A stretch of DNA of 64,000 bases from Escherichia phage Es2. Under the pieces are notes generated by a model, which did not search any database, was not told the origin of the DNA, and was given only the letters and a program-made list of their open reading frames with translations. The DNA lies in the sequence record OR515477.1, one strand, 5' to 3'. The translations under genes were made by a program, and so were the position numbers. Positions 28,581-36,180 of this stretch are shown here, piece after piece (position 1 is the first letter of the stretch; every line of letters starts with the position of its first letter).

Positions 28581-29099
28581 ATGAATGTTGATGAGCTAAC
28601 ACAGCACCTCTTATCTAGAGGATTTGATACAGATAAATATCATTGCTGGTTAAGTCCAGCAGGGTGGCTAACAGTCCCGTTGTATGATTTCTCTGGGATG
28701 TTGAGGGGCTATCAAACTTATAATCCTTCTGCTCCAAAAGGTCATGGTAAGTGTCCCTTTGAAGCTAAATATTTTACCTATTCTACTACCCAGTGTGTAT
28801 GGGGATTAGAAACTCTCAATGGAGATGAAAAAGTAGTATTGGTCGCTGAATCTGTATTTAAGGCAGTTGCGTTACATAATGCTGGTTATCCAGCCCTAGC
28901 AATGTTGGGTTCTTCTCCAGGAAAAGCGTTATTAAAGCAACTGAAATTATTACCTTTTAAATTGGTAGCTGTCGGGGATAACGATCCTGCGGGTGAAAAA
29001 TTTGCTAGAAAATTAAACGGCTTTGTTTCTCCTGTAGATGTGGATGAGATGTCTACCGAAAACTTGAAAAATTTTCTTGCTATGAAGCTAAATTTCTAA
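28581..29099 (+). CDS. hypothetical protein
   Basis: 172 aa ORF with AGGAG RBS. Confidence 0.5.
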   Translation: MNVDELTQHLLSRGFDTDKYHCWLSPAGWLTVPLYDFSGMLRGYQTYNPSAPKGHGKCPFEAKYFTYSTTQCVWGLETLNGDEKVVLVAESVFKAVALHNAGYPALAMLGSSPGKALLKQLKLLPFKLVAVGDNDPAGEKFARKLNGFVSPVDVDEMSTENLKNFLAMKLNF

Positions 29100-29120
29100 T
29101 ATAATATATCTTATAAATTC

Positions 29121-29206
29121 GGAAGAATAGCATAATGGTATTGCAGCAGATTGCTAATCTGTCGGTTTGAAATATAGCCTTGTGGGTTCGATTCCCACTT
29201 CTTCCG
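29121..29206 (+). tRNA. tRNA-Ser (anticodon GCT)
   Basis: Acceptor GGAAGAA/TTCTTCC, anticodon loop TTGCTAA, long variable arm, T-arm GTGGG-TTCGATT-CCCAC, CCA encoded. Confidence 0.75.
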
Positions 29207-29215
29207 CCAGATTTT

Positions 29216-29290
29216 GGTTCTCAAGCTCATATGGTATGAGCACCCGGCTCATAACCGGAAGGTACGTAGGTTCGAATCCTCGGGGAGCCA
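29216..29290 (+). tRNA. tRNA-Met/Ile2 (anticodon CAT)
   Basis: Acceptor GGTTCTC/GGGAGCC, anticodon loop CTCATAA, TTCGAAT T-loop (T-stem imperfect), CCA encoded. Confidence 0.6.
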
Positions 29291-29312
29291 CCAACTTATT
29301 TAGGAGCTACAA

Positions 29313-29501
29313 GTGGAACTATACATAGTTTATGTTGTGTTTATTCAAGATAGAGAATATCCGGATGAGTATAAACAAGGGTATAGGTTAGCCAGGGCTA
29401 CCTCTGAAGCACAAGCTATGGATAAAGTAGCTGAGTATATGATTATGGTAGAAAATGTACACTATATCGACTCACTTGAAGCCTCAAAAGTAATTGAATA
29501 A
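29313..29501 (+). CDS. hypothetical protein
   Basis: 62 aa ORF. Confidence 0.4.
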   Translation: MELYIVYVVFIQDREYPDEYKQGYRLARATSEAQAMDKVAEYMIMVENVHYIDSLEASKVIE

Positions 29502-29510
29502 GGAGACTGT

Positions 29511-29696
29511 ATGTCCAAGTTTCAAGAACTCAAGCAAGAGCTAGAAGAATGTGCCTGCCCTGAGTGTAGGGGAATTGGTGAAAGTTCTGATGCAGAAGCA
29601 GGAGATACTTTTTGCAATATCTGGGTTTGCCCAAATTGCAATGGTACAGGTATTAATCCTAACTGTGGTATTTCTCTAGATATTGAAAGGGGATAA
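29511..29696 (+). CDS. small zinc-ribbon protein
   Basis: CACPECRG...CPNCNG paired CxxC motifs, AAGGAG RBS. Confidence 0.5.
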   Translation: MSKFQELKQELEECACPECRGIGESSDAEAGDTFCNIWVCPNCNGTGINPNCGISLDIERG

Positions 29697-29797
29697 TATC
29701 TGTGAAACTAAAAGATTATTATATTGGTTGGTTTGTGGGACTAGTAGTAGGATTTTCACTAGGCTATAATATGTATCAACTAATAAACTGATTACAC

Positions 29798-29871
29798 GGG
29801 GGTGTAATCGAATTGGCATAGGTACTGGACTTAAAATTCAGGTTTTGTGGGTTCGAATCCCACCACCCCTA
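29798..29871 (+). tRNA. tRNA with anticodon TAA (Leu-decoding; class I architecture)
   Basis: Acceptor GGGGGTG/CACCCCT, anticodon loop CTTAAAA, short variable arm, T-arm GTGGG-TTCGAAT-CCCAC, CCA encoded. Confidence 0.55.
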
Positions 29872-30049
29872 CCAAATTAAGGAAATAAGATGTATAGACA
29901 TCCACCTCCGCCAACACGTCGTTCTAGAGAAGTTATCCTCATGGAATTGACTAAAAACTTCAAGGCAACTCTTGAAGATAGAGATTTAGGCACGGATGAA
30001 GACATTGATTTTATTTGTAGACTATTAAAGATGAAATTGGAGAAACAAC

Positions 30050-30256
30050 ATGGCTAATCCTGAAATTACCGCACAACGTTTCATGCTTAAAGGCATGATT
30101 GCTGAAGCAGGTATGACTCAAGAGGTTGCAGACTTTCATAAGCAATTTCTTGATATTATAACTCTAGCTAAGGAGACTGGAGAAAAAGAGCACGCAGCAG
30201 CAATTATGGCTATATCTCTTATTAGTCTAGACTTGGCTGAAGAATCTGGAGTTTAG
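30050..30256 (+). CDS. hypothetical protein
   Basis: 68 aa ORF. Confidence 0.45.
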   Translation: MANPEITAQRFMLKGMIAEAGMTQEVADFHKQFLDIITLAKETGEKEHAAAIMAISLISLDLAEESGV

Positions 30257-30285
30257 CTCCTCCAAACAGAATTTTTAAAAATGTA

Positions 30286-30315
30286 CTTGCCTTTTGCTTT
30301 AAATTTCTGATATAA
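30286..30315 (+). promoter_or_regulatory. early-type sigma70 promoter
   Basis: TTGCCT, 18 bp, TATAAT. Confidence 0.5.
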
Positions 30316-30346
30316 TAGTTATATAAATTAATGAAGGAGTTAACAA

Positions 30347-30622
30347 ATGCAAAATCGTGTTATAGCAACTGGTATTGAAAGTGCAATCTGTAAATCCTGG
30401 GAAGGCTGGGAAGGTGAGATTGAATGGCTTTATTTCTACGATGTAGAACTTCTGCCGGAAGTTAAAGCTAAATGTGTTGAAGCTGGCATGGCTCCAGATG
30501 CAAAAGCTGATATTGATATTTCAATGTCTGAACTTAAAGGCCGTGTAATTACTGTTAGTGATGAGGGCGAAGAAGTTTTCGAACTTCCGTTCTCCTTAAC
30601 TGTCACTCCTAAGTTCGACTAA
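30347..30622 (+). CDS. hypothetical acidic protein
   Basis: 91 aa ORF, AAGGAG RBS after promoter 30286-30315. Confidence 0.5.
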   Translation: MQNRVIATGIESAICKSWEGWEGEIEWLYFYDVELLPEVKAKCVEAGMAPDAKADIDISMSELKGRVITVSDEGEEVFELPFSLTVTPKFD

Positions 30623-30658
30623 CTAATACAGCACTGAGCAAGTTCTTTAAAATTTGAC

Positions 30659-30687
30659 TTGCTCAGTGCCTTAAAACTTGGTATAAT
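30659..30687 (+). promoter_or_regulatory. early-type sigma70 promoter overlapping a 12 bp-stem hairpin
   Basis: TTGCTC, 17 bp, TGGTATAAT; -35 lies inside the inverted repeat GCACTGAGCAAG...CTTGCTCAGTGC (30631-30669). Confidence 0.55.
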
Positions 30688-30705
30688 AGTTATCTAATTT
30701 GGAAA

Positions 30706-30812
30706 CATATTTGAATGAGAAGTAACTAAGCGAGTTGCTTTGAGGGGTAAAGTCAGGATAGCCTGAAATATTCCACCTTGAGTTTAACCGACTTACTTTT
30801 CATTCAAATATG
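30706..30812 (+). ncRNA. long hairpin element (20 bp stem enclosing 67 nt) at start of tRNA-Tyr transcript
   Basis: CATATTTGAATGAGAAGTAA (30706-30725) pairs with TTACTTTTCATTCAAATATG (30793-30812); lies between promoter -10 (30682-30687) and tRNA-Tyr. Confidence 0.4.
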
Positions 30813-30890
30813 GGGGGGTTGGCTCAGAGGCGACGGCGCCTGGCTGTAGACCGGGTATACCACGCGGAGGTTCGAGTCCTCCATCCCCCA
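30813..30890 (+). tRNA. tRNA-Tyr (anticodon GTA)
   Basis: Acceptor GGGGGGT/ATCCCCC, anticodon loop CTGTAGA, extended variable region, T-arm GGAGG-TTCGAGT-CCTCC, CCA encoded. Confidence 0.6.
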
Positions 30891-30911
30891 CCAAATTACT
30901 AAGGAAATAAT

Positions 30912-31457
30912 ATGCACAATAAGTTAATAAATGAACTTCAAAAAAGACAAATAATAACAAAAACTAAGGAGTTTGATATAACTCCGGATTTAATAGTTGA
31001 ATGTTCGAAAGTTTACTTAGAGTTAAGTAACACAAAGGCTAAGAAAGTCTCTTTAGGAGATCTTAGATATAATGTTAAACTATTGTGCCTATCCTTAATT
31101 AAATTTAAGCAAGAAAATAAACTTCTCATAAAAGAAGGTTTCATATATTTTATAGCAAATAAGGCGTGGCCCAATTATTTTAAGATTGGTATGTCAGCTA
31201 ACCCAAAGAAACGTCTGGCTAACTATCAAACATATAGTCCTTTTAGGGATTATACAATGCTACACTGGTCTTTCTGGTTTGACAGAAAGGAAGGTGAAAA
31301 ATTTGTACATAGTCTCTACCAAGACAGAGATCATGAATGGGTTAGGCTGCCACAAAGAAAACTAAATAAAATATTTGAGCAAATAAATAAACTTTCTGGC
31401 CTAGAACACTTGGTACAGAAAGTTAATAGAGAAATAGTTAATGCACCTATCGTCTAA
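30912..31457 (+). CDS. GIY-YIG-like (T5orf172-type) domain protein
   Basis: FIYFIANKAWPNYFKIGMSANPKKRLANYQTYSP resembles the GIY-YIG/T5orf172 fold; 3' end overlaps tRNA-Glu. Confidence 0.5.
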   Translation: MHNKLINELQKRQIITKTKEFDITPDLIVECSKVYLELSNTKAKKVSLGDLRYNVKLLCLSLIKFKQENKLLIKEGFIYFIANKAWPNYFKIGMSANPKKRLANYQTYSPFRDYTMLHWSFWFDRKEGEKFVHSLYQDRDHEWVRLPQRKLNKIFEQINKLSGLEHLVQKVNREIVNAPIV

Positions 31458-31514
31458 TGGTTAGGACATCAGGATTTCAATCTGAGAATCGGAGTTCAAT
31501 TCTCCGTGGGTGTA
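31443..31514 (+). tRNA. tRNA-Glu (anticodon TTC)
   Basis: Acceptor GCACCTA/TGGGTGT, anticodon loop ATTTCAA, T-arm CGGAG-TTCAATT-CTCCG, CCA encoded. Confidence 0.7.
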
Positions 31515-31523
31515 CCAAATTCT

Positions 31524-31599
31524 GCATTCCTAGAGTGTTACTGGACAGCATGTCGGTCTCCAAAACCGTACGGTCTAGGTTCGAGTCCTAGTAGGTTTG
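31524..31599 (+). tRNA. tRNA-like, possible tRNA-Trp (anticodon CCA)
   Basis: Good T-arm CTAGG-TTCGAGT-CCTAG and anticodon loop CTCCAAA, but acceptor stem pairing is poor; ends approximate. Confidence 0.35.
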
Positions 31600-31608
31600 C
31601 CAAAATTT

Positions 31609-31680
31609 GCACCTTTAGCTGAGATGGATTAGCGCTTGCCTGAAGAGCTTGAGAGGTTCGTTCGATTCGAACAGGGTGCA
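31609..31680 (+). tRNA. tRNA, possible tRNA-Phe (anticodon GAA)
   Basis: Acceptor GCACCTT/AGGGTGC, T-arm GTTCG-TTCGATT-CGAAC, CCA encoded; anticodon stem weak (loop CTGAAGA). Confidence 0.5.
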
Positions 31681-31685
31681 CCAAT

Positions 31686-31973
31686 TTGAGGGAGCTGCTG
31701 ATGCATCCTGAAAACTTCTTTATTTACTGCGCTGATAAGTCGCTGAAACGTAGAATTAACAAAGTCTATCATTATAGTGCTAGTCAACAGCCTTATGTAT
31801 ACGCTTTTGACGGTGATCACATTCCACTAGAACAATTATCTTGTGATTACATGATATTGAAGAACTTTGATGAGACGAAGATCTCGAGCGTTCATAATCG
31901 ACAGAATCCATTGACGTGGAAATATAAGAAGAAAAAGAAAGGCATCAAATTCTTAAAAAATGTAGTTGCTTAG
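31686..31973 (+). CDS. hypothetical protein
   Basis: 95 aa ORF; a promoter overlaps its 3' end. Confidence 0.45.
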   Translation: MRELLMHPENFFIYCADKSLKRRINKVYHYSASQQPYVYAFDGDHIPLEQLSCDYMILKNFDETKISSVHNRQNPLTWKYKKKKKGIKFLKNVVA

Positions 31974-31994
31974 TTTCCAAAAGTTCTGTATAAT
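31966..31994 (+). promoter_or_regulatory. early-type sigma70 promoter
   Basis: TTGCTT, 17 bp, TGTATAAT. Confidence 0.6.
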
Positions 31995-32005
31995 AATTAC
32001 ATAAA

Positions 32006-32248
32006 TTGAACTGGAGAAGCAACATGACAGAACAAGAATTGAATGAACGTAAGCTGGTAATGCTTCGCTTACTAAATATTTTCTCTGGTATGGACGGTGG
32101 AATTGACTTTGTTCATCTACGTTCTTTCGTAGAAGAAGCTGAAGGCGAATCTATCACTAAAATCCTTAAACACATGGGATTACTTTTAGATGCTGCTAAT
32201 GTGGCTACTGAATATAAAATAGAAGATCTACCGGAGCGTGTTAAATGA
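32006..32248 (+). CDS. hypothetical protein
   Basis: 80 aa ORF after promoter 31966-31994. Confidence 0.5.
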   Translation: MNWRSNMTEQELNERKLVMLRLLNIFSGMDGGIDFVHLRSFVEEAEGESITKILKHMGLLLDAANVATEYKIEDLPERVK

Positions 32249-32436
32249 AACGATTAGTTAGATTTAAGTGTTGTGGTTCCGAGCACATTTTCACACATCT
32301 TCGTGAATTTAAAATGTGTGATTGTGGTAAATCAGGCTATGACTCAGGAGATGGGTTCTACACCCGTACTCTAGGGAACTTCAATGATCTAGAATTTGAA
32401 GATCTCGAAAAACAAGATAAACCGACCGTTGGCTGA
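32245..32436 (+). CDS. small Cys-rich protein
   Basis: 63 aa, CCGSEH...CDCG motif; 3' end overlaps tRNA-Cys. Confidence 0.45.
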   Translation: MKRLVRFKCCGSEHIFTHLREFKMCDCGKSGYDSGDGFYTRTLGNFNDLEFEDLEKQDKPTVG

Positions 32437-32495
32437 ATGGCTTAGGCGAAGGATTGCAAATCCTTTTTATGTGAGTTCAAATCTCATGCGGTCGT
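32423..32495 (+). tRNA. tRNA-Cys (anticodon GCA)
   Basis: Acceptor CGACCGT/GCGGTCG, anticodon stem-loop AAGGA-TTGCAAA-TCCTT, T-arm GTGAG-TTCAAAT-CTCAT, CCA encoded. Confidence 0.7.
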
Positions 32496-32501
32496 CCAAT
32501 T

Positions 32502-32640
32502 TGCTGAAAGAATTGTTAAATCAATTCAGGCACGCGTAGGAACACTGTCTCCGTAATTGAAAGATGAGGCACGGTTTGGAGAGGTATGCCGCTACACGCT
32601 ACGGTGCTAACTCCGTCTAGGTGAAAATCCTAGTCAGCAA
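32502..32640 (+). ncRNA. long tRNA-like element (~139 nt)
   Basis: 7 bp acceptor-like pairing TTGCTGA/TCAGCAA, D-arm-like hairpin GAATTG-TTAAAT-CAATTC, T-arm-like CTAGG-TGAAAAT-CCTAG; no ORF. Confidence 0.35.
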
Positions 32641-32650
32641 TATAAATTTA

Positions 32651-32730
32651 GGGTCGTTAGCCAAGCGGTTTGGCGGTGGACTGTTAATCCATGTCGAAAG
32701 ACAACGTAGGTTCGAATCCTACACGGCCCG
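32651..32730 (+). tRNA. tRNA-Asn (anticodon GTT)
   Basis: Acceptor GGGTCGT/ACGGCCC, anticodon loop CTGTTAA, extended variable region, T-arm GTAGG-TTCGAAT-CCTAC, CCA encoded. Confidence 0.65.
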
Positions 32731-32835
32731 CCAAATTCTGTGTAGAGTTAAGTAAACCGGTAGCCAACCAGCTATCATTGCTGATATCGAATTCAGCCAC
32801 AGATACCATTTTCATTAATAACTGAGGAAACAAGC

Positions 32836-33021
32836 ATGTCCAAGAATGTAATTGCACAGCTAGAAGTTCATCGTGATAACACAGCTAATAACATTAAGTG
32901 CCGACAAAAAGATATTGAAGCTCGAAAGGCTGATCTTTTAATGAGTATTCGAGAGCTTAATGTACGGAAAGAGTTTCTTAAAGAACTTAATGCAGCTATT
33001 GAAAAACTCAAAGTTGAGTAA
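32836..33021 (+). CDS. hypothetical protein
   Basis: 61 aa ORF, coiled-coil-like. Confidence 0.4.
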   Translation: MSKNVIAQLEVHRDNTANNIKCRQKDIEARKADLLMSIRELNVRKEFLKELNAAIEKLKVE

Positions 33022-33030
33022 ATAAATTAT

Positions 33031-33104
33031 GCGACCGGGGCTGGCTTGGTAATGGTACTCCCCTGTCACGGGAGGGAATGTGGGTTCAAATCCCATCGGT
33101 CGCG
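33031..33104 (+). tRNA. tRNA-Asp (anticodon GTC)
   Basis: Acceptor GCGACCG/CGGTCGC, anticodon stem-loop CTCCC-CTGTCAC-GGGAG, T-arm GTGGG-TTCAAAT-CCCAT, CCA encoded. Confidence 0.75.
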
Positions 33105-33132
33105 CCAAATTAATTTAGTATGAGAATATACT

Positions 33133-33480
33133 ATGCGTAATGCTAAAGAAGAGTTGTTACTTGCCTTAAAAAATACTAATTCTGAAGTTAAATGTATTAA
33201 AATAGAATTCGGGTATTATGGGGATAAAAAAGTTTGGGTATTACCTTTAGGTTATACAGAAAAAGATATTGAGGATTTTCTTAATAATCTAGACTTTAAG
33301 TACGATTCTGGGTATGGTGGGCAATTACTTTATGGTAATGTATGGTTTGCCGACGGAACTTGGCTAGAACGTGGGGAATACGATGGTGCTGAGTGGTGGG
33401 AGTACAAAGCTACCCCGGAAATTCCAGAGGAATGCCGAACAATTAATGGTGAAGTAGATAATACTTTACTATTAAACTAA
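33133..33480 (+). CDS. hypothetical protein
   Basis: 115 aa ORF. Confidence 0.5.
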   Translation: MRNAKEELLLALKNTNSEVKCIKIEFGYYGDKKVWVLPLGYTEKDIEDFLNNLDFKYDSGYGGQLLYGNVWFADGTWLERGEYDGAEWWEYKATPEIPEECRTINGEVDNTLLLN

Positions 33481-33602
33481 AAGAATTTCAGTGCAGAACA
33501 CGGAGCTAGCAATTCGGAAGTGCTGACTCATGATAAGCTGCCTATGTACTTGCTAAGCGGTCGTGTCCAAGACTCGGACTCTTGCACTGAAAACAATCAA
33601 AC

Positions 33603-33723
33603 ATTCTAGCGTGGTTGATGGGGAAACCAGCTTGGCTAGGGCAGAAGCTCGTTCGATTCGAGTGAAAGAATGGTTCTCGTAAGTCCGCACAAGTGATAGC
33701 AGGTTCGAGTCCTGTCTAGAATG
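33603..33723 (+). ncRNA. long tRNA-like element (~121 nt)
   Basis: Perfect 7 bp acceptor pairing ATTCTAG/CTAGAAT, T-arm GCAGG-TTCGAGT-CCTGT, internal second T-arm-like GCTCG-TTCGATT-CGAGT; too long for a canonical tRNA. Confidence 0.4.
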
Positions 33724-33731
33724 ACACTATA

Positions 33732-33859
33732 AAGTTTACTTATTATGTAGGTTCCGATAGATCGGCGGGTCTATTCTGGCATTTAAGAGAAGTCTCGCAA
33801 ACTTCTTTGTCAGCCGTGGGGTTGGTAGCCTCCAGGTGGCCTACACAATAAGTAAATTT
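33732..33859 (+). ncRNA. long hairpin element (20 bp stem enclosing ~88 nt)
   Basis: AAGTTTACTTATTATGTAGG (33732-33751) pairs with CCTACACAATAAGTAAATTT (33840-33859); sub-hairpins inside; no ORF. Confidence 0.4.
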
Positions 33860-33872
33860 ATTAAAAATTCAT

Positions 33873-33901
33873 TTGCTATTTTTCTTAATTATCTGTATAA
33901 T
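33873..33901 (+). promoter_or_regulatory. early-type sigma70 promoter
   Basis: AAAAATTCATTTGCTA, 17 bp, TGTATAAT. Confidence 0.6.
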
Positions 33902-33933
33902 ATATTTTATAAAGTGAAGAGAAGGAAAGCAAA

Positions 33934-34092
33934 ATGAAACACAAGATAGCCCAAGTTTTTATGGCATTATGGTGTATGCCAATAGCTATAACAGCATTTA
34001 ATCTAGATACTTTTACTATAGAAGAAAAATGTATCGGATTAGTTAGCGGCTTTAGTATGCTTGGCTTATCTTTGTTGTGGTTGAAGAAATAA
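33934..34092 (+). CDS. small hydrophobic protein
   Basis: 52 aa ORF MKHKIAQVFMALWCMPIAITAF... after promoter 33873-33901; below track cutoff. Confidence 0.4.
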   Translation: MKHKIAQVFMALWCMPIAITAFNLDTFTIEEKCIGLVSGFSMLGLSLLWLKK

Positions 34093-34096
34093 TATT

Positions 34097-34171
34097 CTCC
34101 GTGTAGCTCAGTTTGGCCAGAGCGTTTCGTTTGGGGCGATAGGGTCGGGGGTTCAAATCCTCCCACGGAGA
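34097..34171 (+). tRNA. tRNA-Pro (anticodon TGG)
   Basis: Acceptor CTCCGTG/CACGGAG, D-arm GCTC..GAGC, anticodon loop TTTGGGG, T-arm GGGGG-TTCAAAT-CCTCC, CCA encoded. Confidence 0.7.
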
Positions 34172-34180
34172 CCAAACAAT

Positions 34181-34255
34181 TGCGGGTTAGATCTCTGGTA
34201 GAGATCGCTAGTCTCATAAGCTAGAAAGAGGTAGGTTCGATTCCTGCACCCGCTT
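34181..34255 (+). tRNA. tRNA-Met/Ile2 (anticodon CAT)
   Basis: Acceptor TGCGGGT/ACCCGCT (1-72 mismatch), anticodon stem-loop CTAGT-CTCATAA-GCTAG, T-arm GTAGG-TTCGATT-CCTGC, CCA encoded. Confidence 0.65.
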
Positions 34256-34278
34256 CCATTTTAATAGAGGATTTCGAA

Positions 34279-34446
34279 ATGAAAGTATTTCGATTAGTAG
34301 TAAGTGACAAACGGTTAGGTAAGAATACATCAAAATCCCTACTCGCTCATTACGGTAAAAATTGGGATGAAGTAATGGCAGAGTTTAGTACTAATCACCC
34401 TTACTTGAAAGTTCACTCTATTAAAGAAGTATATAATGGTTACTAA
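34279..34446 (+). CDS. hypothetical small protein
   Basis: 55 aa ORF with GAGGA RBS between tRNAs; below track cutoff. Confidence 0.4.
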   Translation: MKVFRLVVSDKRLGKNTSKSLLAHYGKNWDEVMAEFSTNHPYLKVHSIKEVYNGY

Positions 34447-34447
34447 T

Positions 34448-34523
34448 AGATCGCTAGCTCAATAGGTTTAGTAGCATCCGACTTTTAATCGGAAGGTTCT
34501 GGGTTCGAGTCCCAGGCGATCTA
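34448..34523 (+). tRNA. tRNA-Lys (anticodon TTT)
   Basis: Acceptor AGATCGC/GCGATCT, anticodon stem-loop TCCGA-CTTTTAA-TCGGA, T-arm CTGGG-TTCGAGT-CCCAG, CCA encoded. Confidence 0.75.
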
Positions 34524-34530
34524 CCAAATT

Positions 34531-34601
34531 GCTCGGTTAGTTTAATGGGAGAACCCCGTCTTTACACGGCGGTTGAGATAGTTCAATTCTATCACCGAGT
34601 A
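34531..34601 (+). tRNA. tRNA-Val (anticodon TAC)
   Basis: Acceptor GCTCGGT/ACCGAGT, anticodon loop TTTACAC, T-arm GATAG-TTCAATT-CTATC, CCA encoded. Confidence 0.7.
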
Positions 34602-34623
34602 CCAATTAACTCAAAATAAGGAA

Positions 34624-34983
34624 TTGCAAATGCAATTATCAAGCAAGATTCAAGGTTATTTCGGTCATGTAACAATGGAGTTCGCTATCTCTAAAGGTTG
34701 GGACTTCGAACAAGATTTAGCTGAGTTCTACAAAGATATTGATCTGAACGTACCGTACATGGGACTTTCTACTGGTCAGGAGATCACAGAAGCCGATGTA
34801 TTCAAGGCAAGTCAAGGTGAGGTAACACCTAGTTTTGCCGAGTTCTGGTTAGGCATTACGTTAAAAGAAGATGCACCAGATAGTGGTGTACTAATGTCTA
34901 GTATGCACTCTGGAAGTTCCGATTACCTTTTCATTAGCGATGTTAAGGAAATACAAGAAGTCTGCAAAAATGTACTTGCTTGA
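34624..34983 (+). CDS. hypothetical protein
   Basis: 119 aa ORF with AAGGA RBS. Confidence 0.5.
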   Translation: MQMQLSSKIQGYFGHVTMEFAISKGWDFEQDLAEFYKDIDLNVPYMGLSTGQEITEADVFKASQGEVTPSFAEFWLGITLKEDAPDSGVLMSSMHSGSSDYLFISDVKEIQEVCKNVLA

Positions 34984-35004
34984 TGCTTAATTTCTTGTTA
35001 TAAT
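34976..35004 (+). promoter_or_regulatory. early-type sigma70 promoter
   Basis: TTGCTT, 17 bp, TATAAT; followed by hairpin GATGAGGA-GAAA-TCCTCATC. Confidence 0.55.
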
Positions 35005-35242
35005 ATTTATATAAATTGATGAGGAGAAATCCTCATCATAGTTCACTAAGGTATTAGCTCGACCTAGGACTGGCTGCCAAAAAGCACGATCCCTACGATT
35101 CGGGAAAAGTTCTAGATTGGTCCACTAGATTCAGCGGCAACTGAATAGTGTATTGGGTTTGCGAGATGACGTAGTTCCTTCCGCTCTAAGCGAAGGTGCT
35201 GTAGTTACGCCGAGCTAATAGCCTTAGTAAACTAAAGAATTT

Positions 35243-35318
35243 GGGGAATGGGTCTGCATGGAGTGGACACCTCGCTTGCACCGAGGACATCAGAACGGTT
35301 CGATTCCGTTATTCTCCA
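35243..35318 (+). tRNA. tRNA-Ala (anticodon TGC)
   Basis: Acceptor GGGGAAT/ATTCTCC, anticodon stem-loop CCTCG-CTTGCAC-CGAGG, T-arm AACGG-TTCGATT-CCGTT, CCA encoded. Confidence 0.7.
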
Positions 35319-35326
35319 CCAAATAC

Positions 35327-35400
35327 GCGTGATTGATGGAATGGGCATACATACCGTCCTTAGAAGTCGGGTTTTGAGGGTTCGAATCCCTTGTCACGCA
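35327..35400 (+). tRNA. tRNA with anticodon TAG (Leu-decoding; class I architecture)
   Basis: Acceptor GCGTGAT/GTCACGC, anticodon loop CTTAGAA, short variable arm, T-arm GAGGG-TTCGAAT-CCCTT, CCA encoded. Confidence 0.55.
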
Positions 35401-35515
35401 CCAAATTTGATGGTCAGAGTAAATTAAACCTACTATCTCGGTTGAGCTGTTTTAATGGGTTCGAATCCCAGCGGGGCGTAACTGCCTGGTGTGATAGAGG
35501 CATCATCTTATTATT

Positions 35516-35603
35516 GGAAGAGCAAATCGAATTGGCGACGAAAACCGCTTGGAAAGTGGCTGACTGGTAAAACGGCTTGAGAGTTCAAATCTCTCCTCTT
35601 CCG
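35516..35603 (+). tRNA. tRNA-Ser (anticodon GGA)
   Basis: Acceptor GGAAGAG/CTCTTCC, anticodon loop TTGGAAA, 18 nt variable arm, T-arm GAGAG-TTCAAAT-CTCTC, CCA encoded. Confidence 0.7.
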
Positions 35604-35618
35604 CCAAACAATTTATAT

Positions 35619-35710
35619 GGTAGGTCAATCCAATGGCTGGCGCTGGACTCCGACTTGAAATCGGTTGATCGTAGTGATACGGTGTAAGGGTTCGATCCCC
35701 TTACCTACCT
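35619..35710 (+). tRNA. tRNA-Ser (anticodon TGA)
   Basis: Acceptor GGTAGGT/ACCTACC, anticodon loop CTTGAAA, 20 nt variable arm, T-arm AAGGG-TTCGATC-CCCTT, CCA encoded. Confidence 0.7.
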
Positions 35711-35716
35711 CCAAAT

Positions 35717-35850
35717 CTTGAAGTATGCCGGAATCGGTAGACGGGGCTGCCTAAAAGGTTTATAGGGAACATCCACTCCCTGCAACATACCTCATAAAGC
35801 GGCTGAGATAAATGGTCTATCTCGTGAAGGTTCAAGTCCTTCTGCTTCTT
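35717..35850 (+). ncRNA. long tRNA-like element (~134 nt)
   Basis: Acceptor-like pairing TGAAGTA/TGCTTCT (6 of 7), T-arm GAAGG-TTCAAGT-CCTTC, internal D-arm-like hairpins; no CCA, no ORF. Confidence 0.35.
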
Positions 35851-35964
35851 GATACATCTATGGCTCAAAGTGTAACGGTGCTATTTGATGCTCTTGGTAA
35901 GACTTCCCCGACATGCGTTCGGGAGTAAGCTGCTAAGACTAGAGTAGAAGAGTTTCTGAGAGCC

Positions 35965-36084
35965 GCCACAATTGAAAATTCGTACTCGTCTTGAGCTGCG
36001 CGCAATAGGAGATAACTTGATTAGTATTCTAGAACATGCTAATTGAGGAAGGTTTCGCTAACCCTGCGAGTTTTCAATTGTGGC
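35965..36084 (+). ncRNA. long hairpin element (18 bp stem enclosing ~85 nt) abutting tRNA-His
   Basis: GCCACAATTGAAAATTCG (35965-35982) pairs with CGAGTTTTCAATTGTGGC (36067-36084); the 3' arm overlaps the tRNA-His acceptor. Confidence 0.4.
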
Positions 36085-36153
36085 TATATCATAATTGGTT
36101 AATGATCCTGATTGTGAATCAGGCCTATGTGGATTCGAATTCCACTAGCCACC
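36080..36153 (+). tRNA. tRNA-His (anticodon GTG)
   Basis: Acceptor GTGGCTA/TAGCCAC, D-arm TCAT..ATGA, anticodon stem-loop CCTGA-TTGTGAA-TCAGG, T-arm GTGGA-TTCGAAT-TCCAC, CCA encoded. Confidence 0.7.
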
Positions 36154-36180
36154 CCAAATTAACTTAAATAGGAAATAAAT

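Noticed and set aside
33885-34217. Minus-strand 110-aa ORF
   Set aside because: Overlaps the promoter, a small plus-strand ORF and tRNA-Pro/tRNA-Met on the opposite strand; no RBS.
35455-35478. Additional tRNA at the GGGTTCGAATCCC motif
   Set aside because: T-loop-like palindrome present, but no complementary acceptor stem or anticodon arm could be built on either strand; possibly a tRNA remnant.
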